Shown one piece after another: positions 26,831 through 36,917 of a DNA stretch of 64,000 nt. Position 1 is the stretch's first letter; each line of letters begins with the position of its first letter. Below the pieces are notes generated by a model. It was not told the DNA's origin. It searched no databases and saw only the letters and a list, made by a program, of their open reading frames with translations. The position numbers were made by a program, and so were the translations under genes. The stretch is taken from positions 9,026-73,025 of the forward strand of contig JAVWTD010000002.1 in assembly GCA_036667875.1 (NCBI GenBank), in the 5' to 3' direction. Source of the DNA: Bacilli bacterium (GTDB taxonomy: Bacteria > Bacillota_I > Bacilli_A > RF39 > UBA660).

Positions 26831-27379
26831 ATGAGAATAATCAGTGGAAAATATAAAGGGAAAATTTTAAGTGGACATGATATAGATGGTACAAGACCTA
26901 CAATGGACAGAGTAAGAGAATCATTAATTGCAACTGTCCAAACAAATCTTAAAAATAGTATAGTCCTAGACCTTTTTGCAGGAACCGGCTCAGTTAGTTT
27001 TGAAATGATTAGTAATGGGTGTAAAAAAGCCTATCTTGTAGATAAAAATCCTTTAGTCGTTAAAACACTTAAGAAAAATATTTTAGAACTCTCACCAGAT
27101 GAAGAAATAATAATAATTAATAGTGACTTTAAAGATGCCTTAAAAGAATTTAATCGAAAGAATATTAAATTTGATATAGTATTTTTAGATCCACCATATA
27201 AATTAGACTTCATTAACCCCTCAATAGAACTATTAATTAAATACAATCTTTTAAAAGATGGTTCGATAGTGATTTGTGAAAGTGAATTTGAAGAAGTAAA
27301 AAACTTTGATTTAGAAATATATAAAGAAAAAAAATATGGAAGCAAAAAAGTAATAATTTTGAAAAAGAAAAATCAATAA
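26831..27379 (+). CDS. rsmD: 16S rRNA (guanine966-N2)-methyltransferase RsmD
   Basis: MRIISGKYKGKIL, LDLFAGTGS and DPPY motifs. Same position as ylbH in Bacillus. Confidence 0.85.
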   Translation: MRIISGKYKGKILSGHDIDGTRPTMDRVRESLIATVQTNLKNSIVLDLFAGTGSVSFEMISNGCKKAYLVDKNPLVVKTLKKNILELSPDEEIIIINSDFKDALKEFNRKNIKFDIVFLDPPYKLDFINPSIELLIKYNLLKDGSIVICESEFEEVKNFDLEIYKEKKYGSKKVIILKKKNQ

Positions 27380-27427
27380 CTAGACTATTGGTTTTTTTAT
27401 TGCTATACTTATTATAGAGGTGAATAC

Positions 27428-28537
27428 ATGAAAAAATTTAATAGTTATATTCCACTATGGCTTCTTCTAATCCTTCCACCAATTATCATACTTACATTAA
27501 TGTATGGATTTTTAATGAGTGGAGTAGCAATTTTTCTAGGAGCAGTAGCACTTAAAATAACAAACCCCTTTGACGATTATTTTAAAAATGTTCTAAAATT
27601 ATTTTTTATTACCATATTTGGAGATTTTTTATGTGCTTTTTTATTTTTAGCACCAGAATTCCTATATAAAATTAAAATTATAAAAACTAATATAATAACT
27701 CCACTTGAATACAATCCATATAAAAATATATTTTCATTTATCTATGTATTATTAATAGCCTTAATAATAGGTTATACATTGTATAGATTAATATCTAAAA
27801 TAATTTTAAAAAAACAATCAAAAATCTTTGTTAATGTTATTATGCTCCTTTTTATTTTTCCATATTTATTTTTTATCCCAAGTACATTTTTACTTGAAAA
27901 AAATAAATCAAATTTAGATGATTTCAGAGGAACTTTAGCACAAGATAAATCAAATATTGTTTCAATTTTAAATAACTTAAATTTATCTAAAAATATTAAT
28001 TCTTACGTCTTAGAAACAAAAAAAGAACCATACACACTTCAAATATTCTTAGATAATCAAGTAGAATCATATCAAAAGAAATTTGAAATAGACGCAGCCA
28101 CTATTTTTATGCTTGTAAAAAATGTAAACGAAATAGTTTACCACATGGAAGATTCAACCTATACTTATGATATAAATAAAATCAATAGTATATTTGGAGA
28201 TGTTAAAAACAAGAATTTAAACGATTTGAAGAAAAGATATACTACCACTTATTTTAAAAACAAAATTTATTTAGGAAGAATAAAAAATTATGATGTGTTT
28301 GATGTATCAGAAATGTGTGAAGATGAACCACAACTAATTTATGAAGAAAAAGAAATTCATTACTACTTAAATTGTACAAGAGCGGAAGATATAATTTTAA
28401 TTGACTCCACAAACAATAAGATAAACATTAAAAAAGCATTTTCAAACAATCTTATTAATGTTGACAACCTATTATCAAGTGACTTAAATATCATAGTAAC
28501 TGGAAAAGAGGAAAAAGATGAAAATATTAGTAAGTGA
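27428..28537 (+). CDS. Hypothetical polytopic membrane protein with C-terminal soluble domain
   Basis: About 5 TM helices in the first 160 aa. No recognisable domain. Confidence 0.35.
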   Translation: MKKFNSYIPLWLLLILPPIIILTLMYGFLMSGVAIFLGAVALKITNPFDDYFKNVLKLFFITIFGDFLCAFLFLAPEFLYKIKIIKTNIITPLEYNPYKNIFSFIYVLLIALIIGYTLYRLISKIILKKQSKIFVNVIMLLFIFPYLFFIPSTFLLEKNKSNLDDFRGTLAQDKSNIVSILNNLNLSKNINSYVLETKKEPYTLQIFLDNQVESYQKKFEIDAATIFMLVKNVNEIVYHMEDSTYTYDINKINSIFGDVKNKNLNDLKKRYTTTYFKNKIYLGRIKNYDVFDVSEMCEDEPQLIYEEKEIHYYLNCTRAEDIILIDSTNNKINIKKAFSNNLINVDNLLSSDLNIIVTGKEEKDENISK

Positions 28538-29201
28538 TTTTGATCTAACATTTTATACAAATGACTATAAAAAAAATATTGAAAAAGTAAATGAATTTGT
28601 TTCAAAGGGAAATATTTTTATTATTGCAACAGGAAGACCATTTTACTTTTTAATGCCTTCTATTTCTGACGTTCATATAAATTATTCATATTTAATTTGT
28701 AGTGATGGTACAATAGTATTTGACAAATCTGAACAAATTGTAATTGAAGAAAGAATTGATAATAGCACTATTAAAAAAATAACAACAATACTTGAATCAA
28801 GCGATGCTATTAGTAATTGGTATAATAATGAACCACTTAAGTATTCAAACAATATCCTTAATCCATCTAACGGATTACTCGGAGTACCAAAAGACCGAGA
28901 TAAAGCTATTATTCTAGTTAATGAAATAAATAAAAATTTTCCAGACATTAAAGCCTACTTAAGTCATAATTGGATTAATATTTTAAATAAAGAATCCAGT
29001 AAAGCAACTGCTATAAAAAAACTAGTTGAATTAAACAATTGGGAACTTAAAGATATAATTACAGTAGGAGATAACTATAACGATATAGAAATGAATGAAA
29101 ATTTTGAAAGTTACGCAGTAAAAACTGCACCAGAAGAATTAAAAAAAGTATCAAAACACCAAGTCTTAGACTTTATTGATGCATTAAAAAAAATAGGGTA
29201 A
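28518..29201 (+). CDS. HAD-superfamily hydrolase, Cof-like (IIB)
   Basis: DFDLTFY (motif I), ATGRP, GDNYNDIEM (motif IV). Overlaps the upstream gene by 20 nt. Confidence 0.75.
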   Translation: MKILVSDFDLTFYTNDYKKNIEKVNEFVSKGNIFIIATGRPFYFLMPSISDVHINYSYLICSDGTIVFDKSEQIVIEERIDNSTIKKITTILESSDAISNWYNNEPLKYSNNILNPSNGLLGVPKDRDKAIILVNEINKNFPDIKAYLSHNWINILNKESSKATAIKKLVELNNWELKDIITVGDNYNDIEMNENFESYAVKTAPEELKKVSKHQVLDFIDALKKIG

Positions 29202-29213
29202 CCTATTTTTTTA
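29184..29213. terminator. Bidirectional terminator between convergent HAD and CDP-OH transferase genes
   Basis: A8-AATAGG-gtaa-CCTATT-T7. Confidence 0.65.
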
Positions 29214-29973
29214 GTGTCTTCGTTTTTGATTTTTCTTCTTCTTTTTTTGTTCCATTAATGAGTTCGTTTTTTAACTCTTTAAGAGCACTAATTTCATTTT
29301 CTCTTGAATATCTTTTTACTTTTTCCATAACAGTTTCTTCTGTTTCTTCATTATTTTTAACTTCTATAATTTTGTTTTCTTTTAATTCATCTTTTTTCTT
29401 ATCAATATCTTTATATTGATGAGCAGTTAAAAATTGAATACCTGAAGTAGCAAGTAAAATTATGTTCACTGCATTACTACTTATTAGAGAACTAGAAACT
29501 CCAATATATGCTAGAAGAAGTGATACACTTAATGCAGCTGTTTTAACTTTACCTAAAACAGTTGTTCTTGGAATGTTTCCCTTTAATTTAGAGTCTGTAT
29601 TAATCTTAGTAATCATTAATTCAGATAAAATATTTACTATAATAACTGGATTAGTTATTACAAGAGGAATAGCAAGTCCTGCTGTAAAAATTTTATCAAC
29701 AATAGGGTCTAAGTCTTTTCCAAACTCACTAACAGCATTTAATTTTCTAGCAGCATATCCATCAAATGCATCTGTTAAAGAAAATACTACTGTAAACAAA
29801 ATGGCAAGTGGAAGATTACCTGAAAAAGCTGCTGGGACAATAAAAAAGGGTGCTAATAATCTTGAAGCAGTAAGTAAATTAGGTATTTGTTTTACTCTTG
29901 TCTCTTTCTTTTTAAGGTCTTTAAAACTTTGTTTAATTTCTTCTTTATATTTTTCTAAAAATTCTTTATTCAT
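29203..29973 (-). CDS. CDP-alcohol phosphatidyltransferase family protein (PgsA-like) with K/E-rich C-terminal tail
   Basis: DAFDGYAARKLNAVSEFGKDLDPIVDKI signature (D-G-x2-A-R...G-x3-D-x3-D). About 70 extra charged C-terminal residues. Convergent with the HAD gene; shared bidirectional terminator. Confidence 0.75.
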   Translation of the reverse strand: MNKEFLEKYKEEIKQSFKDLKKKETRVKQIPNLLTASRLLAPFFIVPAAFSGNLPLAILFTVVFSLTDAFDGYAARKLNAVSEFGKDLDPIVDKIFTAGLAIPLVITNPVIIVNILSELMITKINTDSKLKGNIPRTTVLGKVKTAALSVSLLLAYIGVSSSLISSNAVNIILLATSGIQFLTAHQYKDIDKKKDELKENKIIEVKNNEETEETVMEKVKRYSRENEISALKELKNELINGTKKEEEKSKTKTLKK

Positions 29974-30084
29974 ACTTTTCTCCTTTATGTACTACGTATT
30001 ATAACAAATATAATTTCAAAGTCAATTCTTCTTTCTTTTTTTCTTTATTTTTGGTATAATTTAAATGATAGTAGGTGTGTAGAT

Positions 30085-33000
30085 ATGAAAAAAGTAATAT
30101 TTCTTATTGTAACTTTATTTTTTGTATTCCCAAGTATAACTTTTGCCCTTAACTGTAATAGTTATGAAGTGGCTGTAAGTTATCCAGATGAAGATATAGG
30201 GATATCTTGCCATACTGACTACAATGAAGCTTTTAGAAAGATGAATGAATATCCATCAACTGAACTTAATGTAGCAGTTATAAAAACAAACGGAAAAATT
30301 ATTAATGCAAAATATGCAAATGCCAAAATAGATGTTGAAAATGAAGCGGAAATTCAGTACAAAACGGATGGTGTAAAAAACTTTTACCGTACAGCTGCAG
30401 CAGTAAGAAGTGGTGCACCAACCTCATCTATAGACTTTTTAACTTATATAGCATCAACTTGGGGAAGTGATGCAGTTTTCTTAGATTACGATTTAAGTTA
30501 TAACGCTGTTAAAATGAAAATAAGTGGAGTAACTGGTTGGATGTCTAAGTCTCAAGTTATAATAATTCCCATTTCAAAATATTATTCTAGTACATTTAAT
30601 TATCCTATGAATAAACCAAGAATAAAAACATTAAGTTCAGTTATAAGATTAAGAAATAAACCTTCATTAACTGGTGATGTAATCGATAATTCATCCTCTG
30701 TAAATGGACAACTTTATAATTATAAACCATCTAAAACAACTATTGCAGAAGGATATACTTGGTATTATGTTGAATACAAAAATGGAGTATATGGATGGTT
30801 TGCAAATAAAGTAGAAGAAAACTGGATAGTAGAAGCAAATGAACTTCTTACAGATACTTTCTATTATACCTATGGAGATATATTATATCATCATGTTCAT
30901 AAAGGTTATATGGAAGCAGACGTTGATATGATTTTAGGAACACCACCTTATCTATATCAGACCGAACAAGTTAAAACATACTATTTAGCAAACTCAAGCG
31001 TAAAAGGAAAAGACGCCACTAAAAAATATTTTAGTTTTGATGGCAACTATTTTTATAAATCATATAAAGATATGGTTGATGATTATAGAGAATCAACTAA
31101 TAATAGAGCAATAAATAGTACATATCCACATTTTTCATATTTCTTATATCTTCCTTCTAGATCTAAAACTGGCTATTCAGCTGCCTCATTTGATCAGATG
31201 TTAATCAATAAAGGTTTTACAAGTTTCCCAATCAATCCAAAAAGTTATGTTAACCCAAACACTGGAGGATTTATTAAACAGCCTGGAACTGCTTCAATGA
31301 TGTTTGGTATAGGACAATATGTTGTTAATGCACAAAATAAATATGGTTCCAATGCACTGGCAATTTATAGTAATGCAATCCGTGAATCTGGTAATGGAAC
31401 AAGTTCAATATCTTTTTATAAAAATAATCTATTTGGTATGGGAGCTGTTGATGGTAATGCCTTTAATGGGGCTTATACTTATAATTCTGTTGAAGAATCA
31501 GTTAATGACTACGCTAAAAAGTTAGGATTTGGTTCAGGTTATTCCAATTTATATGATTATAGATATAATGGGACTCATGAAGGAAATAAACTAAGTGGAA
31601 AAGGGGTTCAATATGCATCAGACCCTTATTCTGGAGAATCTACTGTAGGTAATTCTTTTATAAATGATCTTAACAATGGAAAACTTGATAACTACGCTAA
31701 TACGGTTGGAATCAAAACTAACTTTAATTTAGTAAATATCTTTGCTGAACCAAGTAGTAATAGTAGAATAATATATCAAACAAAAAACTATAAAAACAAT
31801 AGAATTTCTATAAATATGCCTTTTATTGTAAATGACTATGTGGAAACCATTGAAGCAGGTAAAATACAAGGGTTCTACCGTGTCTTTACAGATGTTACAC
31901 TTGATTCAAATCGAGTATATAATAACGATACTTACTATAACTTTGAAAATTGTTATGGATATATTAAAAAAGAAGATTTATATGTAGCTAATCATCAACC
32001 TGTAATAAATGCAACCGATATATCTATTAAACAATTCAAAGAATTTAAAAGTACTGTAACCGCAAATGATTTCGAGAATGGTGATTTAACACCTGCTCTT
32101 GAAGTAAATGGGACAGTTGATACAAAAGTACCTGGAGTATATCCACTTACTTATAAAGTAGTAGATAAAGAGAATTTTGGGGCTACTAAAACAATCAATG
32201 TAACAGTAACTCCTACGGATTCTCCAATTATCACAGGAAGCGATATAGAGATTCCTCAATTTGTAGAATTTAATCCACTAAGTGGAATAAAAGGAACATC
32301 AACAATTGATGGAGATATAACAAATAAAATAACAATTAAATCTGGAACACTTGATTACAATGTATTAGGAGACTATAAAATAGTTTATGAATTAATTTCA
32401 TCAAATGGCTTAAAAACAGAATTTACTAGAACTATAAAAGTTATACCTAATCAATTACCAGTTATAATTGCAAATAATTTCACAGTCTATTTAAATGAAA
32501 CAGTTGATGTTTTAAAAAATGTAACTGCAAACGACAAAGAAGATGGTGATCTTACAAGTCTAATTACTAGTACTGGATCTGTAGATAATAAAAAAGTAGG
32601 CTCATATCAAATTACTTACAGTGTAACAGACAAAGCAAAACAAACAACAACAAAGACAATAACAGTAACTGTAGAAGAAAAAAAATTCATTTCAAAAGAT
32701 AGTATTTTCCACTTAGAAAACTTAACATTTAATGACAAAACATCAAAACTTGATTTTACTGGATTCCTTATTATAAAAGGAATGAGTAATTTAGTAAGTA
32801 CAGATATTAAATATAATATTATTTTTATCAATCAACTAAATGGAAAAGAAGAAATAAAGCCACTTGATAGACTAACTTCCGGATTTCCTTTTGAAGCACC
32901 AGCAGATGGAGGATTTAAAAATACAGGGTCTTGGTTCCAAACAAGTATCCCTATAAGTGATTTGCCAAGTGGTGATTATACAGTTTATGTACGTGCTAGA

Positions 33001-33630
33001 AGTGGAGACTTTGAAGCAAAAACAGTTCTTAAAAACATATTCTTTAATCCTAAAGTTTCAAGTAAATTTGAAATAGGGAAAAAAGGGTTTATGTTTAAAA
33101 CAAATTATTTTAATAGAAAAGTACCTTTAGAATTGTTCGTAAGAGAGGAAGGACTGTTAACTAAAGTAAGTAATCCAACCTTAGATAACATGTATAACCA
33201 ACTTTATGAAATAAATCTAAATAAAGATAAACTTAACATAAGTGGATCTAGTCATAATGTTAATGGAAATTATGGAGTTGAAAAACCTATTGAAAGAGAC
33301 ATTGTCTTAGAAAATATAGATACCCTTGTTAAAACGAAAACATATAATGTAGGTTCTATTACTAATGGACCTTATGCTATTAGTTTGAAAGTACCAGATG
33401 GATTTAGTAAGACACGTGCTTGGTTTAACACAACACTAGACTTGTCTTCTGTACCAAACGGGAAATATTCAATCTATATCAGAACAAAAGCAGGATCTAT
33501 CGATGACTTTGGAGAACTATATGACATATTAAATAAAAACATAAATCAAAAATGGGCAAATAATGGAAAACAATATAAACTATCTAGAAACGATAACATC
33601 CGTTATCGAATAGAATTAACTATCGAATAA
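30085..33630 (+). CDS. Large secreted multidomain cell-wall hydrolase/surface protein: SH3b-like + GH73 N-acetylglucosaminidase + DUF5011 Ig-like repeats + C-terminal repeats
   Basis: Signal peptide. SH3b-like block (VIRLRNKPSL...YTWYYVEYKNGVYGWF). GH73 block AIYSNAIRESGNGTS..SFYKNNLFGMGAVDGNAF. At least three DUF5011-type repeats (..NDFENGDLTP.., ..DGDITNKITI.., ..NDKEDGDLTS..). Duplicated C-terminal module (SGDYTVYVRARSGDFE / NGKYSIYIRTKAGSID). Confidence 0.7.
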   Translation: MKKVIFLIVTLFFVFPSITFALNCNSYEVAVSYPDEDIGISCHTDYNEAFRKMNEYPSTELNVAVIKTNGKIINAKYANAKIDVENEAEIQYKTDGVKNFYRTAAAVRSGAPTSSIDFLTYIASTWGSDAVFLDYDLSYNAVKMKISGVTGWMSKSQVIIIPISKYYSSTFNYPMNKPRIKTLSSVIRLRNKPSLTGDVIDNSSSVNGQLYNYKPSKTTIAEGYTWYYVEYKNGVYGWFANKVEENWIVEANELLTDTFYYTYGDILYHHVHKGYMEADVDMILGTPPYLYQTEQVKTYYLANSSVKGKDATKKYFSFDGNYFYKSYKDMVDDYRESTNNRAINSTYPHFSYFLYLPSRSKTGYSAASFDQMLINKGFTSFPINPKSYVNPNTGGFIKQPGTASMMFGIGQYVVNAQNKYGSNALAIYSNAIRESGNGTSSISFYKNNLFGMGAVDGNAFNGAYTYNSVEESVNDYAKKLGFGSGYSNLYDYRYNGTHEGNKLSGKGVQYASDPYSGESTVGNSFINDLNNGKLDNYANTVGIKTNFNLVNIFAEPSSNSRIIYQTKNYKNNRISINMPFIVNDYVETIEAGKIQGFYRVFTDVTLDSNRVYNNDTYYNFENCYGYIKKEDLYVANHQPVINATDISIKQFKEFKSTVTANDFENGDLTPALEVNGTVDTKVPGVYPLTYKVVDKENFGATKTINVTVTPTDSPIITGSDIEIPQFVEFNPLSGIKGTSTIDGDITNKITIKSGTLDYNVLGDYKIVYELISSNGLKTEFTRTIKVIPNQLPVIIANNFTVYLNETVDVLKNVTANDKEDGDLTSLITSTGSVDNKKVGSYQITYSVTDKAKQTTTKTITVTVEEKKFISKDSIFHLENLTFNDKTSKLDFTGFLIIKGMSNLVSTDIKYNIIFINQLNGKEEIKPLDRLTSGFPFEAPADGGFKNTGSWFQTSIPISDLPSGDYTVYVRARSGDFEAKTVLKNIFFNPKVSSKFEIGKKGFMFKTNYFNRKVPLELFVREEGLLTKVSNPTLDNMYNQLYEINLNKDKLNISGSSHNVNGNYGVEKPIERDIVLENIDTLVKTKTYNVGSITNGPYAISLKVPDGFSKTRAWFNTTLDLSSVPNGKYSIYIRTKAGSIDDFGELYDILNKNINQKWANNGKQYKLSRNDNIRYRIELTIE

Positions 33631-33667
33631 AGCACATATTTTTATATGTGTTTTTATATACTAAAGT

Positions 33668-34267
33668 ATGAATATATATTATGCGTTTCTGCTTACAACA
33701 GTAGCTTCATTTTCAACAATTATAGGTGGATTATTTAAATTTAGTAAAAAAAATGAAAAAAAGATTATTATATTATCCGCTTTTATTATGATTTATCTTT
33801 CCATTTTCGAGTTAATTCCAAGCAGTTATAATCTTTTAAAAATAAGTTTTTATTTAAAAGGTAATATCTTAATTATATTAACAAGTTTAAATATCGGATT
33901 AATTTTTTCTAAATATATTTCAAAAAAAACAAAAAACAATATAGGATTATTAGCAATGATTGCTTTAATAGTTCACAATATCTTGGAAGGAATTATTACA
34001 TTTACAACCATTAGTTATGACTTGAAATTAGGCTTTAAATTGTTTTTGGGGATATTTATTCATAATATCCCTGAAGGTATAATTCTTAGTACTACAAATA
34101 AGAAAGGATTAGTAATAACAGGATTTTCAGAACTTCTTGGTGCTTTAATTTCATATTTATTTTTAACAGAATTTATGAATAGTATGGTAATTGGAATCCT
34201 TTATAGTATTGTTTCTGGAATCATGCTTTATCTTTCAGTAGAAATGATAAAAGCTAGTTTAAAATGA
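33668..34267 (+). CDS. ZIP-family metal (Zn/Fe) transporter, short form
   Basis: HNILEGI and HNIPEGI metal-binding TM motifs typical of ZupT/ZIP. Confidence 0.7.
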   Translation: MNIYYAFLLTTVASFSTIIGGLFKFSKKNEKKIIILSAFIMIYLSIFELIPSSYNLLKISFYLKGNILIILTSLNIGLIFSKYISKKTKNNIGLLAMIALIVHNILEGIITFTTISYDLKLGFKLFLGIFIHNIPEGIILSTTNKKGLVITGFSELLGALISYLFLTEFMNSMVIGILYSIVSGIMLYLSVEMIKASLK

Positions 34268-34462
34268 CTAGTTTTTTTGATATACCTAGAATAGGTGATT
34301 AATATTGAAATTTTGTTTTATCATGATGTTTTCAAGTACTGTGTATCTACAATCCATAAATATTAATATAAATTAATTTACAATTAAATTTTATTATGAT
34401 ATAATTAGTTTGTAGTCTAGTAAGTTACAAATAGTGATAATTTTAAAAAAGGAAGTGTATGT

Positions 34463-34918
34463 ATGAATAAAATCAAAAATATTATAGTTATTTTTATATT
34501 AAGTTTTATATTTAATATAAGTGGTGTTTTCGCCTATATATCTAGTGTTGTTAGTTTATCTGATTTTCATTTACCAGTTACTCAGGTTACAGCAGTTATT
34601 TCAAATAGGCAAAAAAATGATATGGGTAATCAAGTTCTTAGATTAAGTTTTGTAAGTTTTAACAGAAATGTTGAATTTAGAATGCATGATAATAAACTTG
34701 AATACACTAATCGAAATTTTATAGAATTAAAATATAATGGTGGTAATCAAAATTTTGAATTAGGTTCATTTCTTTATCCAAATGATACTTTGGCAATGTC
34801 AGTAACTGTTCCTGGTACAAAACGTATTGAATTAAGAACTAGTGGTTATTTTCTTGATACAACATCCATCAGCGGAACTTGGTATTTATCAAAAAGCGAT
34901 TATTTAGCAGATAAATAA
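34463..34918 (+). CDS. Secreted hypothetical protein (first gene of ABC module)
   Basis: Signal peptide. No recognisable domain. 38-nt gap to the next gene with no terminator. Confidence 0.4.
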   Translation: MNKIKNIIVIFILSFIFNISGVFAYISSVVSLSDFHLPVTQVTAVISNRQKNDMGNQVLRLSFVSFNRNVEFRMHDNKLEYTNRNFIELKYNGGNQNFELGSFLYPNDTLAMSVTVPGTKRIELRTSGYFLDTTSISGTWYLSKSDYLADK

Positions 34919-34956
34919 CATCAAAAAGAATTCTCCATTTTTTAAGGAGGTAAAAT

Positions 34957-35811
34957 ATGAAGAAAAAATTATTTCTTGTCGGTATATTATTAATATTTGG
35001 ATTAGCATCAGTTACAAATGAGATAAAAATAGAAAACAATATGGCCAAACATTTAGTTCATTTAGCTAAAGAAAATCCTGAAATTTTAGATAAATTCCCA
35101 GAATTAGGGAATGAAAATTACAAACTTGAAAAAATGGATACGATAAATTTTGTTTTTAAAAATTTGGGATCCGATGTACTTAAAAGTTTTCCATATATAA
35201 TAATCTTAATTATTTTATTCTTTTCGTCAGCATCTTTATTTAAATTAATGAAAAGTAAAATTATAAGAGATATGTCCTTGCGTACTAGTTATGATAAAGT
35301 TATTAAAAGAGAGATTATTAAAGCATATTCATATTCATTTGTACCAATATTATTTTTAGTAATTCTCTTTATTTTATCATTGTTTTATAATGTTAATTTT
35401 GATTTTAAAGATAGTTGTATAAAAAATATTAATTGTTACATGAGTGACACATCATTAAAATTTTTCTTTTTTTTAATTTTTAATCTTATAACTATAACTC
35501 TTTATTATATAAATATTTCCTTAATTATGCTCAATTATAATAAAAACATTGTCTTAAATGTAATTAGTAGTTTTCTAATAATAATCGGAATTGAATTGGT
35601 TCTTCAATGTTTAGTAGGACCAATATTAGCGGCAATTACAAATATTCAAAGTTTTGGTAATGTTTTTTCATCAGCTAATTTATGGTACTATGATAGTTCT
35701 AGTTATTTAATTGCTACCATCTATTGTATTTTATCCTTTTTAATATCCTATATAATATTAAGAAACACATATAAAAAGAAAGAAAGAATTTTTATTCAAA
35801 ATGATAAATAG
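34957..35811 (+). CDS. ABC-2-like polytopic membrane protein with N-terminal extracytoplasmic segment
   Basis: Signal/TM then about 60-aa loop then about 6 TM helices. AGGAGG RBS. Confidence 0.4.
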   Translation: MKKKLFLVGILLIFGLASVTNEIKIENNMAKHLVHLAKENPEILDKFPELGNENYKLEKMDTINFVFKNLGSDVLKSFPYIIILIILFFSSASLFKLMKSKIIRDMSLRTSYDKVIKREIIKAYSYSFVPILFLVILFILSLFYNVNFDFKDSCIKNINCYMSDTSLKFFFFLIFNLITITLYYINISLIMLNYNKNIVLNVISSFLIIIGIELVLQCLVGPILAAITNIQSFGNVFSSANLWYYDSSSYLIATIYCILSFLISYIILRNTYKKKERIFIQNDK

Positions 35812-36487
35812 AATATCAAATAAAATAATTAATGAGCAAATAAAAGAGAAAAATACAACAATTTATCTAATAATTGCTTCTTTATTATTTCTATTATTAA
35901 CCAAGCAATATATAGAAATAGGAATTTTAGAATCAATTTCATCTATCTTAAGTCATTATATATATAATCCATTATTTTTTCTTCCAGTATCTTTTTTCAT
36001 AAGTATGAAAGTTATAAATCTTATTCTTGAAAACAATAATCTTATTACAAGAATAAAAAATACCAAAACTATGCAAAAACTAATTATTGTTTCTACACTT
36101 AAAGCAACAGCTATAAATTATCTAGTATTAATTATGCTTTTATTTATTGTTGAAAATATATTTAATATTTCTGGATATGGTTATTCAAACGAAAACTTAT
36201 ATCAGTTAATAATGATAATTACTAAAAATTTATTTATTTTTGAAATACTAAATATAATATTTTCACTACTATATTATAAAATTAGCCGTATCATATCAGT
36301 AATTTTTTGTTTTGTAAACGTATCTATTACCGCTTTTTGTGATTTTCATATTTTAGGTTTTATAGGGACAAATCTAATAACAAAATCAGTTGATTTAAAT
36401 TTTTTTACTAATTTAATTATTAATTTAATTATATTTGTTGTAATAACGCAATTAAAAAGAAAGAAAAATTATGAAAAGTATAATTAA
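35801..36487 (+). CDS. ABC-2-like polytopic membrane protein
   Basis: About 6 TM helices. Overlaps the upstream gene by 11 nt. Confidence 0.4.
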   Translation: MINRISNKIINEQIKEKNTTIYLIIASLLFLLLTKQYIEIGILESISSILSHYIYNPLFFLPVSFFISMKVINLILENNNLITRIKNTKTMQKLIIVSTLKATAINYLVLIMLLFIVENIFNISGYGYSNENLYQLIMIITKNLFIFEILNIIFSLLYYKISRIISVIFCFVNVSITAFCDFHILGFIGTNLITKSVDLNFFTNLIINLIIFVVITQLKRKKNYEKYN

Positions 36488-36917
36488 GTATGATATCATT
36501 TCTTTTTTCACTAAAAACATGAAAATAATGGTGCTTTATCTTGTGTCCCTAATTTTAACCATAAATAGATGTAAAACAACATCAACAGACTATCTTTTTT
36601 ATTTGAAATATGATAATTTCATAGACATAATTAATTTGCTTTTTTTATTATTTAATATTTTACTATCGGCTTACATTCCACTTTTTATAATTTATTTTAA
36701 TAAAAATAGTATGTTTAAAAACCGAATAAAACAAATGAAAATAATGATTTCAAAAATATTAGCAATTGCAATTATTATAGTTGCTTTTAGGATTCTGATA
36801 CTGATTTGTTCCTATTTATTTATAAAGCAAATTTTTAATCCTTTAAAAAGTATTATAATTGAATTTATTATAGCAATAATAGTAATAGTGTTATTTAGAA
36901 AGCAGGAAACAAAATGA
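36471..36917 (+). CDS. Small polytopic membrane protein
   Basis: 3-4 TM helices. Overlaps both neighbours (translational coupling). Confidence 0.35.
   Translation: MKSIIKYDIISFFTKNMKIMVLYLVSLILTINRCKTTSTDYLFYLKYDNFIDIINLLFLLFNILLSAYIPLFIIYFNKNSMFKNRIKQMKIMISKILAIAIIIVAFRILILICSYLFIKQIFNPLKSIIIEFIIAIIVIVLFRKQETK

Noticed and set aside
29462-30004. 180-aa ORF on + strand opposite the CDP-alcohol phosphatidyltransferase gene
   Set aside because: The minus-strand frame carries the diagnostic DG..AR...G...D...D motif. The plus ORF is a shadow.
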